NCBI GenBank assembly: GCA_903841185.1 | Contig: CAIMIV010000019.1 | Span: forward strand, 1 to 48,813 | Length of the DNA stretch: 48,813 bases | Origin: an uncultured bacterium | GTDB lineage: Bacteria > Patescibacteriota > Minisyncoccia > Moranbacterales > UBA2206 | Direction: 5' to 3' | Part shown: piece after piece, positions 1 through 8,612 of the stretch | Layout of the letters: each line of letters starts with the position of its first letter | Position numbering within the stretch: the first letter of the stretch is position 1 | Made by a program: the position numbers and the translations under genes | Notes under the pieces: generated by a model | Seen by the model: the letters and a program-made list of their open reading frames with translations, nothing else | What the model was told of the DNA's origin: nothing | Database searches by the model: none

Positions 1-59
1 GGGATTTTTCAGCAATATTCGAAAAAGTAGCGCAGTAAAAAGACAGAAAAAATTGGCCA

Positions 60-88
60 TTGACAGTTTAGTGATTAAGTGCTAGACT
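60..88 (+). promoter_or_regulatory. Sigma70-like promoter (TTGACA-17-TAGACT with TGc extended -10)
   Basis: TTGACA at 60-65 and TAGACT at 83-88. Leaves a ~100-nt leader before the GT4 start. Confidence 0.45.
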
Positions 89-193
89 ATGCAGTCAACT
101 AGATATATGAAATAAGCCGTAAATAAGCCATGAATATCGCACTAACTTTCTATTTTAAATAAGCATTAAAAGTTAGTTTGCGGGGAAAATAAG

Positions 194-1333
194 ATGAAAA
201 TCGCTTTTATCGGACAAAAAGGAATACCCATGCGCTCGGGTGGAGTAGAGAGAAGAGTAGAGGAGCTAGCAGTGCGGCTTGCCAAGAAGCATGAGGTTTT
301 TGTTTATGCGCGCAACAATTATACGGACAAAAAGTTACTGACATATAAAGGCGTTAGGTTGATTCACTTGCCCAGTATCAATACGAAAAATATGGATGCC
401 ATTAGCCATACTTTTTTGGCGACCTTACATGCGCTTTTTCAAGATTATGACGTTATCAACTATCAGGCTCCGGGACCGTCGACGCTTTCTTGGATAATCA
501 AGATCTTCAAACGGAAAACAGCCGTGGTGGGAACTTTCAATTCGCAAGATTGTTTGCACAAAAAGTGGGGTTGGTTTGCGCGGAAGTATTTACAATTTGG
601 TGAATATGCCGTTTCAAAATTTCCGCATAAAACCATCGTGATCAGTCCTATCTTGCAAGAATATATGCGGGAAGAGTTTGCCGCGGAAGGGGAATTGATT
701 TTGAATGGAGCAGGTGTAACCTACACAGCAGCCGATGATTTGCTTTCGGAGTGGAATTTGCAAAAGAAAAAATATTTTCTCTATGTGGGCAGATTGGTGC
801 GACACAAAGGGGTGCATTATTTAATTGAAGCTTTTAATCGATTATCTAGTGAGAATAAAATTCCGGCGGATATGAAGCTAGTGATTGTTGGAGACAGTTC
901 TCACACCGATGAGTATGTGACAGAACTGAAGAGCATGGTCCGCGAGATGGAGGATGTAGTCTTCACCGGAACGCAATCAGGAGAAAAACTGGTGCAACTT
1001 TTTTCGCACGCTTATTTGTTTGTGCAACCGTCCGAGGCTGAGGGGCTTTCTATGGCGCTGCTAGACGCGATGGGTTGTGGTTTGGCTCCTCTAGTGAGTA
1101 ATATCAAGGAGAATTTAGAACCGACGGAAAATTGTGGCTTTATTTTTCAAAATAAAAATGTGGCTGATTTGACAGAGAAGTTGCAATATCTGACGGAAAA
1201 TCCCCAAATAGTTAGGGAGATGGGGAGGCGAGCCAAGAGTAATATGGATGAAAAGTATAATTGGGATAATAGTGCCGAGAAAACTGAGTCTGTATATCAA
1301 GAGGCGATAAATTTGAAACTTAACTTAATATAA
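194..1333 (+). CDS. Glycosyltransferase, GT4 family (GT-B fold)
   Basis: 379-aa ORF. N-terminal SGGVERRVEEL motif and C-terminal GT4 signature region FVQPSEAEGLSMALLDAMGCGLAPLVS. Confidence 0.8.
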   Translation: MKIAFIGQKGIPMRSGGVERRVEELAVRLAKKHEVFVYARNNYTDKKLLTYKGVRLIHLPSINTKNMDAISHTFLATLHALFQDYDVINYQAPGPSTLSWIIKIFKRKTAVVGTFNSQDCLHKKWGWFARKYLQFGEYAVSKFPHKTIVISPILQEYMREEFAAEGELILNGAGVTYTAADDLLSEWNLQKKKYFLYVGRLVRHKGVHYLIEAFNRLSSENKIPADMKLVIVGDSSHTDEYVTELKSMVREMEDVVFTGTQSGEKLVQLFSHAYLFVQPSEAEGLSMALLDAMGCGLAPLVSNIKENLEPTENCGFIFQNKNVADLTEKLQYLTENPQIVREMGRRAKSNMDEKYNWDNSAEKTESVYQEAINLKLNLI

Positions 1334-1365
1334 AATTCCCTACCCAAACAGGGTGGTATATCATT

Positions 1366-2436
1366 ATGAAAAAAATTTTAGCCGACAAATTATTTTGGAT
1401 CTTCCTGGTGCTCATTGCCGGCTTTGTTTTTGTTATGGTAATAAACAGCAGTAAGACCTATCAAGCGAAATCTCGAATCTTGTTTTTACCTAGAAATGAA
1501 ACGGCCGTCAGAAATGTGGATCAGATTGTGGAAAATGCCAAACAAATTCCACGCTCCCTGTCTTTCTATAACAAGATTGTGGAACTCAATAGCGATATTG
1601 AAGACGGAGCGTTGGAATTGCCGGATGCCAAGCGAAAAGAATTTTGGAATGCTAAAATAGAAACCCAGCAAGTGAAAAAGAGCGGCGTCTTGGAAGTGAC
1701 TATTTTTGATGCCAGCCAATTACAGGCGGAAATCATTGCTACGCAAACAGTCACCGGCATTTTGACGGTGATGGGCAATTACTATGAGGTGAAAAATAAT
1801 TTGGATATGCGCGTGATTGACGGCCCGATTATGCAAGAGACGGCGCGAGTGAACTATTTCCAGGCGGCAGCAATCAGTTTGGCAAGCGGAATTTTGGCGG
1901 GCTTCTTGATTACCCTGCTCATTAATTTCATGGTAGATATCTTTAGTCGAAGGCAGGACACGCCGGACGTGACTGAAAAAATTGAGATCGTAGCTAGACC
2001 ATCCCTTTTTCCTAAATTTTCTTTTCCCGAAATGGGCATAAAAAAACCGCTAGAGGAGGAAGAAAAGGCAAATGTCTTTAATTTTAAAGTAGAAGATGAG
2101 GCTGCTCTGGTACAACCGATGCAACCCAAAAAATTTAGTTTTTTTGGCACCCGAGAAAAAAAATCTTCCGCTCCCAGCAATCTGCCGGTAGATGAAGAAT
2201 TTAATTTCAAATTAGCCGAAGAGGTACAGGCTCCGATAGAAAATGATTTGAAGGACGAAGTAAAATCTGCTACTATCACAGAAGAAGAGAGTGAATTTGT
2301 TTTGGATATGGGAGGGGCGAAAAAAGATGTTTTGCCGAGTATGTCAGAAGTGGCCGTGGCGGAGGATTCCAAACGAGAGGCCACTCCGGAAGAGGTGAAA
2401 ATGAGATTGAACAAACTGCTCAGCGGTGGTAATTAA
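1366..2436 (+). CDS. Wzz-like polysaccharide chain-length determinant-type membrane protein with an acidic C-terminal extension
   Basis: N-terminal TM helix (LFWIFLVLIAGFVFVMVI), about 130-aa extracytoplasmic region, then a second TM (AAAISLASGILAGFLITLLINFMV), which is the Wzz/PCP topology. Sits in a glycan locus. The last ~150 aa are E/K-rich low complexity. Confidence 0.5.
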   Translation: MKKILADKLFWIFLVLIAGFVFVMVINSSKTYQAKSRILFLPRNETAVRNVDQIVENAKQIPRSLSFYNKIVELNSDIEDGALELPDAKRKEFWNAKIETQQVKKSGVLEVTIFDASQLQAEIIATQTVTGILTVMGNYYEVKNNLDMRVIDGPIMQETARVNYFQAAAISLASGILAGFLITLLINFMVDIFSRRQDTPDVTEKIEIVARPSLFPKFSFPEMGIKKPLEEEEKANVFNFKVEDEAALVQPMQPKKFSFFGTREKKSSAPSNLPVDEEFNFKLAEEVQAPIENDLKDEVKSATITEEESEFVLDMGGAKKDVLPSMSEVAVAEDSKREATPEEVKMRLNKLLSGGN

Positions 2437-2472
2437 TAAAACTTTTAGTATTAGATAGAATTTATGCGCTTA

Positions 2473-2568
2473 TCACTTTTCCTGAGGGTTTCCAACGCTT
2501 CGTCCTTACAGCGTTTCAGACACTGGGTGTCTAATGCGATATGAAGGTGAGAGACACCCAGTGTCTAG
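2473..2568 (+). repeat. Structured intergenic element, copy 1
   Basis: By my count 86 of 96 positions are identical, ungapped, to 26514-26609. The arm AGACACTGGGTGTCT (2518-2532) and its exact reverse complement (2552-2566) flank a 19-nt loop. Confidence 0.85.
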
Positions 2569-2606
2569 CACGATAAAGCTTTTAAACATCTCAGATTAGA
2601 AATAAA

Positions 2607-3950
2607 ATGAAAAAATATAGCATCAAATTTTGGATTATTTTTTGGACATCAGCAACGGTTTTGTTGGTGTCTTTTTACTTTTTTTTACAACCCGGCAAAG
2701 AGGCATCCAAAAACGGAACACTATCGATAGGGGAAAAATATACGGTGATTTCCGGCGTAGTAGAATATCTTTTGGGTGGAGAAAATGAAAAGACTTTTTT
2801 GATTCTGTTTCAAAATAATATGGAAATCCGTCCGGGAGGAGGTTTTATCGGATCCTTTGGCATTCTGAAAATAAAAAATGGCACGATAAGTGATTTGCAA
2901 ATTCACGATACCGGCAATTTTGACGGGCGCATCCCGGATACGATTCCGACCCCCTATCCTATGGAGGAAACTTTGCGGGTAAAATATTTGAAGTTGCGGG
3001 ATTCTAATTTTTCACCGGATTTTCCCACTAACGCCAAAGCAGCGGAAAATTTTTATTACCTGGGACAAGGGGAAGAAAAATTTGATGGCGTGGTGGCCAT
3101 CACTACCAATGTGCTGACCTCTTTTTTGAAAGTGACCGGACCGGTGACGCTGGAGGGTTATCCGGGAACATACGCCGATGAAAATGCAGTGCTGGCTCTG
3201 GAATATCAAGTGGAAAAAGCTTTTGACGAGCAGGGAATTGCGCGCGGAGAGAGAAAATCAGTGATGAATATTTTAGCCAAAGAAATTATGAATAGGGTGA
3301 AGAATCTGGGTTGGCAAGAAAAATTGCAACTTTTTGATGTGGTGCTGGATGATTTACAGAAAAAGGATATTCAACTAGCTTTCAAAGATGAGAAAATGCA
3401 GAAGATTATTGCGGATTCTTTTTGGGACGGAAAAATGGATGGCCATTGGCAGCAGGATTATCTGATGGCGGTGGATGCCAATTTAGGAGCTTGGAAGAGT
3501 GACTATTCTGTGAAACGGGAAATGGAATATACCCTTGATTTGTCCGGAGAAAAACCGCTGGCTAAATTGAAAATCACCTACAATCACACTGCGGCGCAAA
3601 GAGATTATATGACCAAGGACTATCTTTCGTATCTGCGTGTGTATGTGCCGGAGGGGGCATGGTTACTTAATGCTAAGGATTTTTCCAATCCTCAATTTGG
3701 GAAGGATGTTTTGGCGGATGGCAGTAGTAGAAATTATTTTGGCGCCATCATTAAAGTGCCTATGAATAGCACTCGAACAGTAGAGTTTTCCTATAACTTG
3801 CCAAAAAACATCGCAGAGAATTATGCGCTCAAAATTCAAAAACAAGCCGGTATCAATGATGAGCCGGTAGCGGTGACAATCATCGATACGAAAGGACAAA
3901 AAAAGAGCGAGCAGTTCGTGCTTAACTCGGATTTTATCTGGGACAAATAA
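2607..3950 (+). CDS. DUF4012-like membrane-anchored protein
   Basis: N-terminal TM helix. The motif NNMEIRPGGGFIGSFG resembles the DUF4012 core. Located in a glycan locus. Confidence 0.55.
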   Translation: MKKYSIKFWIIFWTSATVLLVSFYFFLQPGKEASKNGTLSIGEKYTVISGVVEYLLGGENEKTFLILFQNNMEIRPGGGFIGSFGILKIKNGTISDLQIHDTGNFDGRIPDTIPTPYPMEETLRVKYLKLRDSNFSPDFPTNAKAAENFYYLGQGEEKFDGVVAITTNVLTSFLKVTGPVTLEGYPGTYADENAVLALEYQVEKAFDEQGIARGERKSVMNILAKEIMNRVKNLGWQEKLQLFDVVLDDLQKKDIQLAFKDEKMQKIIADSFWDGKMDGHWQQDYLMAVDANLGAWKSDYSVKREMEYTLDLSGEKPLAKLKITYNHTAAQRDYMTKDYLSYLRVYVPEGAWLLNAKDFSNPQFGKDVLADGSSRNYFGAIIKVPMNSTRTVEFSYNLPKNIAENYALKIQKQAGINDEPVAVTIIDTKGQKKSEQFVLNSDFIWDK

Positions 3951-3954
3951 AAAT

Positions 3955-5865
3955 ATGTGTGGAATAAGCGGTAAAATATATTTTTATGCCGGAGAAGTTT
4001 CTGCTGTTGCTATGGAGGCAATGAACAGGAAACTCATTCACCGTGGTCCGGATGACGACGGTGTTTATATTTCAGCGGACAAAAAAGTCGGATTGGGTCA
4101 TCGACGCTTGGCTGTGTTGGATCTTTCCGCGCTGGGGCATCAACCGATGAGTTATCAGGAGCGCTATCAAATCGTTTTTAATGGAGAGATTTATAATTTT
4201 CAAGAGCAGCGCGAAATGCTGGAAGCGGATGGCTATGTTTTTCAATCCAGAACTGATACGGAGGTGCTGCTTGCGTTGTATGCTAAATTTGGGAAAGAGT
4301 GTGTGGCGCATTTGCGGGGCATGTTTGCTTTTGCGATTTATGATGAGAAAGAACGGACACTTTTTTGCGCGCGTGATCGGGTAGGGAAAAAACCTTTCAA
4401 ATATTATGTAGATGATACGGTCTTTATGTTTGCCTCGGAATTGAAAGCGATTTTGACGCAAGTGGAATATGCCAAATCCGTGGATCCTGTTGCTATTCAT
4501 CATTTTTTGACGTTGGGGTATTGTCCGGCGCCATTGACGGGCTTTGCGAAAATCCAAAAGCTTGAGCCGGCGCATTATCTTTTCATTGATCTGAAAACAA
4601 AAACAGTAGAAAAGAAACGGTATTGGAAATTGGATTATTCCCAGAAAAGCCAGCTCAGCGAAGCGCAATGGAAAAAGAAAGCCTTAGCTAAATTACGAGA
4701 GGCGGTGCAGTCGCGCATGCTTGCTGACGTGCCGCTGGGGGTGCTACTTTCCGGAGGCCTGGATTCCAGCGGTATCGTGGCTCTTTTGAGCGAGCAAGGA
4801 AAAGGGAATGTGAAAACTTTTTCGGTGGGTTTTGCAGAAAAAGAATTTAACGAACTGGCGTCAGCGAAAATAGTGGCGCGCAAGTTTGCCACCCAACATA
4901 CGGAAAAAATTGTGCAACCGGATATTATCAAGCTGTTTCCTCAATTGGCCTATCAAGTGGAAGAGCCTTTTGCTGACCCAAGTCTTTTGCCGACGTATTA
5001 TATCAACAAGATTGCCAAAGAACAGGTGACAGTGGTCATCAACGGTGACGGTGGGGACGAAAATTTTGCGGGTTATCGCCGCTATAGCGTGCATAAATTA
5101 GGACTTATTTTGGAAAAATGGAAACTACTAAATCAATGGATTATTTTGCCACTGGCCAAGATGTTGGCGGATAATTTGCACAGTGCTTTGGTGCAGCGCG
5201 CCTATCTATTCGCTAAAGGCCTGCAAGAAAATTATGCCTATCGTTACGCGGATTATACCTGTCGTCTGGATGCGGAGCTGAAACAGGAATTGTATCAGGA
5301 AGCTTTTCGCAAACAGGTTACTGAATTTGATTCAAATCAGATAGTGGCTGAAAAATTCAAAGAGGCAGGCACTAAGGATAGATTGGATCAAGCTTTGTAT
5401 GCTGATTTTTCCACCTATTTGCCGGATGATTTGCTGGTGAAAGCGGATATTGCGAGCATGACGGCTTCGGTGGAAGGTCGCTCGCCCTTTTTGGATCATG
5501 AATTTTTGGAACTGACTGCGCAGATGCCTTTTTCTTTGAAAATGAAAGGATTATTTTCGCGCAAATATTTGTTGCGAAAAATGTTTGCAGATATTTTGCC
5601 CGGCGAGATTGTGCAGCAAAAGAAAAAAGGGTTTGAAATTCCCCTGGCTAAATGGCTTCGCGAAGATTTGCGGGAATATGTGTCTGACATTCTGCTATCT
5701 GAGAAAGCTCTGGGGCGGGGAATGTTCAAAAAAGAAATTATTGAACGCCTGCTGGCAGATCATATGAATCTTCGCCATGATTATTCCCGGCAAATCTGGA
5801 CACTGCTGTGCCTGGAGATGTGGTTTTTGCAAGTCTATGAAGGCGCCGGAGAGCTGGATGCTTAG
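3955..5865 (+). CDS. asnB: Asparagine synthetase B-type glutamine amidotransferase
   Basis: N-terminal MCGI nucleophile (Cys2), a class-II GATase region, and the PP-loop motif LSGGLDSS. 636 aa. Confidence 0.9.
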   Translation: MCGISGKIYFYAGEVSAVAMEAMNRKLIHRGPDDDGVYISADKKVGLGHRRLAVLDLSALGHQPMSYQERYQIVFNGEIYNFQEQREMLEADGYVFQSRTDTEVLLALYAKFGKECVAHLRGMFAFAIYDEKERTLFCARDRVGKKPFKYYVDDTVFMFASELKAILTQVEYAKSVDPVAIHHFLTLGYCPAPLTGFAKIQKLEPAHYLFIDLKTKTVEKKRYWKLDYSQKSQLSEAQWKKKALAKLREAVQSRMLADVPLGVLLSGGLDSSGIVALLSEQGKGNVKTFSVGFAEKEFNELASAKIVARKFATQHTEKIVQPDIIKLFPQLAYQVEEPFADPSLLPTYYINKIAKEQVTVVINGDGGDENFAGYRRYSVHKLGLILEKWKLLNQWIILPLAKMLADNLHSALVQRAYLFAKGLQENYAYRYADYTCRLDAELKQELYQEAFRKQVTEFDSNQIVAEKFKEAGTKDRLDQALYADFSTYLPDDLLVKADIASMTASVEGRSPFLDHEFLELTAQMPFSLKMKGLFSRKYLLRKMFADILPGEIVQQKKKGFEIPLAKWLREDLREYVSDILLSEKALGRGMFKKEIIERLLADHMNLRHDYSRQIWTLLCLEMWFLQVYEGAGELDA

Positions 5866-5902
5866 TGCGATTTACCGGAATAGAGCTATTTTGGATAAAT
5901 TA

Positions 5903-5929
5903 AAAGCAGCGGTCTTCCCGCTGCTTTTT
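5903..5929 (+). terminator. Rho-independent terminator after asnB
   Basis: GCAGCGG-TCTTC-CCGCTGC followed by TTTTT. Confidence 0.65.
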
Positions 5930-5956
5930 GCCTTCGGGGCGATTTTGTATTATGAT
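5928..5956 (+). promoter_or_regulatory. Sigma70-like promoter for rfbC-rfbB-rfbD (TTGCCT-17-TATGAT)
   Basis: Immediately follows the asnB terminator. Confidence 0.4.
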
Positions 5957-5987
5957 AGAGAGGTAATAGGATAAATATAAAAAATAT

Positions 5988-6443
5988 ATGATAGAGGGTG
6001 TAAAAATAAAACCAGTCAAGCGGTATGCCGATGACCGAGGGTTTTTTTGTGAGGTGCTCAAAGATGGCGAAGAGACTTTTTGCGAGGTGAAACAAACCAG
6101 CTATACGGAAACCTATCCGGGCGTGGTAAAAGCTTTTCATTGGCACAAAAAACAATTTGATGTGTGGTTTCCCATCAAAGGCAATATGCAGATAGTTTTG
6201 CATGATATGCGGGAGGATTCTCCGACGTTTGGTGAGACACAGGTAATTTATGCCGGAGAGAATAATCCGACCTTGGTACTAATCCCTCCTTTTGTGGCGC
6301 ATGGCTATCGTGTTTTGGGGCAGGTGCCGGCCACTTTGGTCTATCATACCAGTGAGGCCTATGATCCAAAAAATCCTGATGAAGAAAGAATCGACTGGAA
6401 TGATTCAAAAATTGGTTTTGATTGGGAAACGAAGAATAAATAA
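5988..6443 (+). CDS. rfbC: dTDP-4-dehydrorhamnose 3,5-epimerase-like cupin (short form)
   Basis: ADDRGFF motif, HWHKKQ...W...G, DMREDSPTFG and PPFVAHGY match RmlC-type epimerases. Adjacent to rfbB and rfbD. Confidence 0.75.
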   Translation: MIEGVKIKPVKRYADDRGFFCEVLKDGEETFCEVKQTSYTETYPGVVKAFHWHKKQFDVWFPIKGNMQIVLHDMREDSPTFGETQVIYAGENNPTLVLIPPFVAHGYRVLGQVPATLVYHTSEAYDPKNPDEERIDWNDSKIGFDWETKNK

Positions 6444-6489
6444 ACATCTAACATATAACACAAACCATATAACATGTAGCACCTTTTTT

Positions 6490-6518
6490 GCTACATGCTA
6501 CATGCTACATGCTACATG
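6490..6518 (+). repeat. Heptanucleotide tandem repeat (GCTACAT)x4 covering the rfbB start codon
   Basis: Four perfect units at 6490-6517, each supplying an ATG (6495, 6502, 6509, 6516). The upstream CATGTAGC (6473-6480) is complementary to every unit. Confidence 0.95.
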
Positions 6519-7520
6519 AAATTATTAGTTACAGGCGGCGCGGGGTTTATTGGATCCAATTTTATCCACTATATTTTGAAGAAATATCCGGACTATGAAG
6601 TGGTTAATTTGGACGTCCTGACATATGCGGGCAACTTGGAAAATCTTAAAGACCTGGAAAACAATTCGCGCTATCGTTTTGTCAAAGGAGATATTGCGGA
6701 TTATGCCTTAGTGAATAAATTAGCGGGTGAGGTGGACACCATCGTCCATTTCGCTGCTGAATCGCACGTAGATCGTTCCATCTTGGATTCCAAGGCTTTT
6801 ATTGAAACCAATATTGTGGGGACGCACGCCTTGCTGGAAGCGGCCAGAGGCAATGGCAATAAGCGTTTTCATCACATTTCGACCGACGAAGTCTTTGGTT
6901 CGTTGGAAACTGGCGACCCGGCTTTCAACGAAAAAACTCCCTATGATCCCCGCAGTCCCTATAGCGCTTCCAAGGCCTCTTCTGATCACTTGGTGCGCTC
7001 CTATTTCCACACCTTCGGCTTGCCCATCACCATTTCTAATTGTTCTAATAATTACGGCCCCTATCATTTTCCGGAAAAAATCATACCGCTTTTTATCACT
7101 AATTTGATTGAGGGGAAGAAAGTGCCTTTATATGGAAATGGGATGAATGTACGCGACTGGCTCCACGTAGAAGATCATTGCCGCGCCATTGATATGATTA
7201 TTCATAACGGCGTGATTGGCGATACCTATTGCATCGGAGGGAATGCGGAAAAAACCAATAAAGAAATTACGTATAAAATTTTGGAGCTGATGGGCAAGGG
7301 CGAAGAATCGATTGAGTTTGTGGCTGACCGTAAAGGACATGACCAGCGCTACGCCATTGATTTTTCCAAGATCAAGCAAGAGTTGGGCTGGGAACCGACA
7401 ATTGCCTTTGAAGACGGCTTGCAACAAACGATGCAGTGGTACCAAGACAATCCGGAATGGTGGACAAATATCAAAAATGGCAGTTACCAGGAATATTATA
7501 AAAAACAATATGGGGAATAG
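6516..7520 (+). CDS. rfbB: dTDP-glucose 4,6-dehydratase
   Basis: MKLLVTGGAGFIGSNF Rossmann motif, YSASKASSDH (YxxxK), NNYGPYHFPEKIIP. Start taken at the fourth ATG of the heptamer repeat. The ORF track starts at 6495, which is in frame. Confidence 0.92.
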   Translation: MKLLVTGGAGFIGSNFIHYILKKYPDYEVVNLDVLTYAGNLENLKDLENNSRYRFVKGDIADYALVNKLAGEVDTIVHFAAESHVDRSILDSKAFIETNIVGTHALLEAARGNGNKRFHHISTDEVFGSLETGDPAFNEKTPYDPRSPYSASKASSDHLVRSYFHTFGLPITISNCSNNYGPYHFPEKIIPLFITNLIEGKKVPLYGNGMNVRDWLHVEDHCRAIDMIIHNGVIGDTYCIGGNAEKTNKEITYKILELMGKGEESIEFVADRKGHDQRYAIDFSKIKQELGWEPTIAFEDGLQQTMQWYQDNPEWWTNIKNGSYQEYYKKQYGE

Positions 7521-7588
7521 GGTATAATTTTTAAAATTTTTAATTTTATAATTTTTGAAACGTTAATGATTATAAAAATTTTTAGACT

Positions 7589-8590
7589 ATGCTAGATAAA
7601 AATACGAAAAAAGTGCTCATCATTGGGGCTAAGGGTATGTTGGGACAGGAGTTGGTCAAGATCTTCAAAAAAGACCCGGCTTATGCGGTGTCCGCTTGGG
7701 ATCGGGAAGACATTGATATTACTTTGGAAAAAGAAGTGGTGGCCAAAATCGTCGCTCTGAAGCCGGCCATCATTATTAATGCCACCGGCTATAATGCCGT
7801 GGATAAATGCGAAGAAGACGCGGAGGAGTTTGCTATGGCTAAAAAACTCAACGGCAAAGCCCCAGGCTATTTGGCCAAGGTGGCGAAAAAATTGCAAGCC
7901 GTGTTTGTGAACTATTCTTCGGATTATGTTTTTGACGGTAATCCAGAAATTCCAGAACCGGGGGGATGCACGCATTCGTGTGCTTCCTGTTCTTTGCATG
8001 AAGATTTTCAACCGCAACTTGGCTTCGACGAAGAGGCGGAAACTAATCCGATTTCTAATTATGGAAAATCCAAGGAAATGGGAGAGCAGGCAGTGGCGAG
8101 GCACGGTGAAAAATATTATATCATCCGTCCGTCCAAAATTTTTGGCACTCCGGCGACGTCGACAGCGGCCAAAAGAAGTTTTTTTGATGTGATGTTAGAA
8201 GTGGGTAAAAAAAATAAGGAGGTTCACCCAGTTAAATCCAGCTCTGCTGGTCGGCCTAAAGCCGAATTTAACGGGGTGAAAGCCGTAGATGAAGAGACTA
8301 GTTGCTTCACCTATGCTCCGGATCTGGCGCAAAAAACCAAGGAAATCATTGAAGCGGAAAAGCCGGCCGGAATTTATCATGTTGTTAACGGTGACCCTTG
8401 CACTTGGTACGAAGGGGTTTTGGAATTATATAAGCAGGCGAAATTGAAAACGAAAGTCATTCCCGTAGACAGCTCAGAATTTCCCCGTCCGGCCAAGCGC
8501 CCCTACTATTCCGTACTGCTCAACACTAAGCTCAATCCTTTGCGCAGCTATAAAGAGGCCTTAACGGAATATTTGAAAACAATTAAATAA
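7589..8590 (+). CDS. rfbD: dTDP-4-dehydrorhamnose reductase with two insertions
   Basis: VLIIGAKGMLGQEL, SSDYVFDG, NPISNYGKSKEMGEQAV and RPAKRPYYSVL match RmlD. At 333 aa it is about 40 aa longer than typical because of two insertions. Confidence 0.8.
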   Translation: MLDKNTKKVLIIGAKGMLGQELVKIFKKDPAYAVSAWDREDIDITLEKEVVAKIVALKPAIIINATGYNAVDKCEEDAEEFAMAKKLNGKAPGYLAKVAKKLQAVFVNYSSDYVFDGNPEIPEPGGCTHSCASCSLHEDFQPQLGFDEEAETNPISNYGKSKEMGEQAVARHGEKYYIIRPSKIFGTPATSTAAKRSFFDVMLEVGKKNKEVHPVKSSSAGRPKAEFNGVKAVDEETSCFTYAPDLAQKTKEIIEAEKPAGIYHVVNGDPCTWYEGVLELYKQAKLKTKVIPVDSSEFPRPAKRPYYSVLLNTKLNPLRSYKEALTEYLKTIK

Positions 8591-8612
8591 ACAAATTAAT
8601 TGAAAAAAATAT

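Noticed and set aside
5777-5974. 65-aa ORF spanning the asnB end and terminator
   Set aside because: It overlaps the asnB 3-prime end out of frame and runs through a terminator hairpin and a promoter, with no SD.
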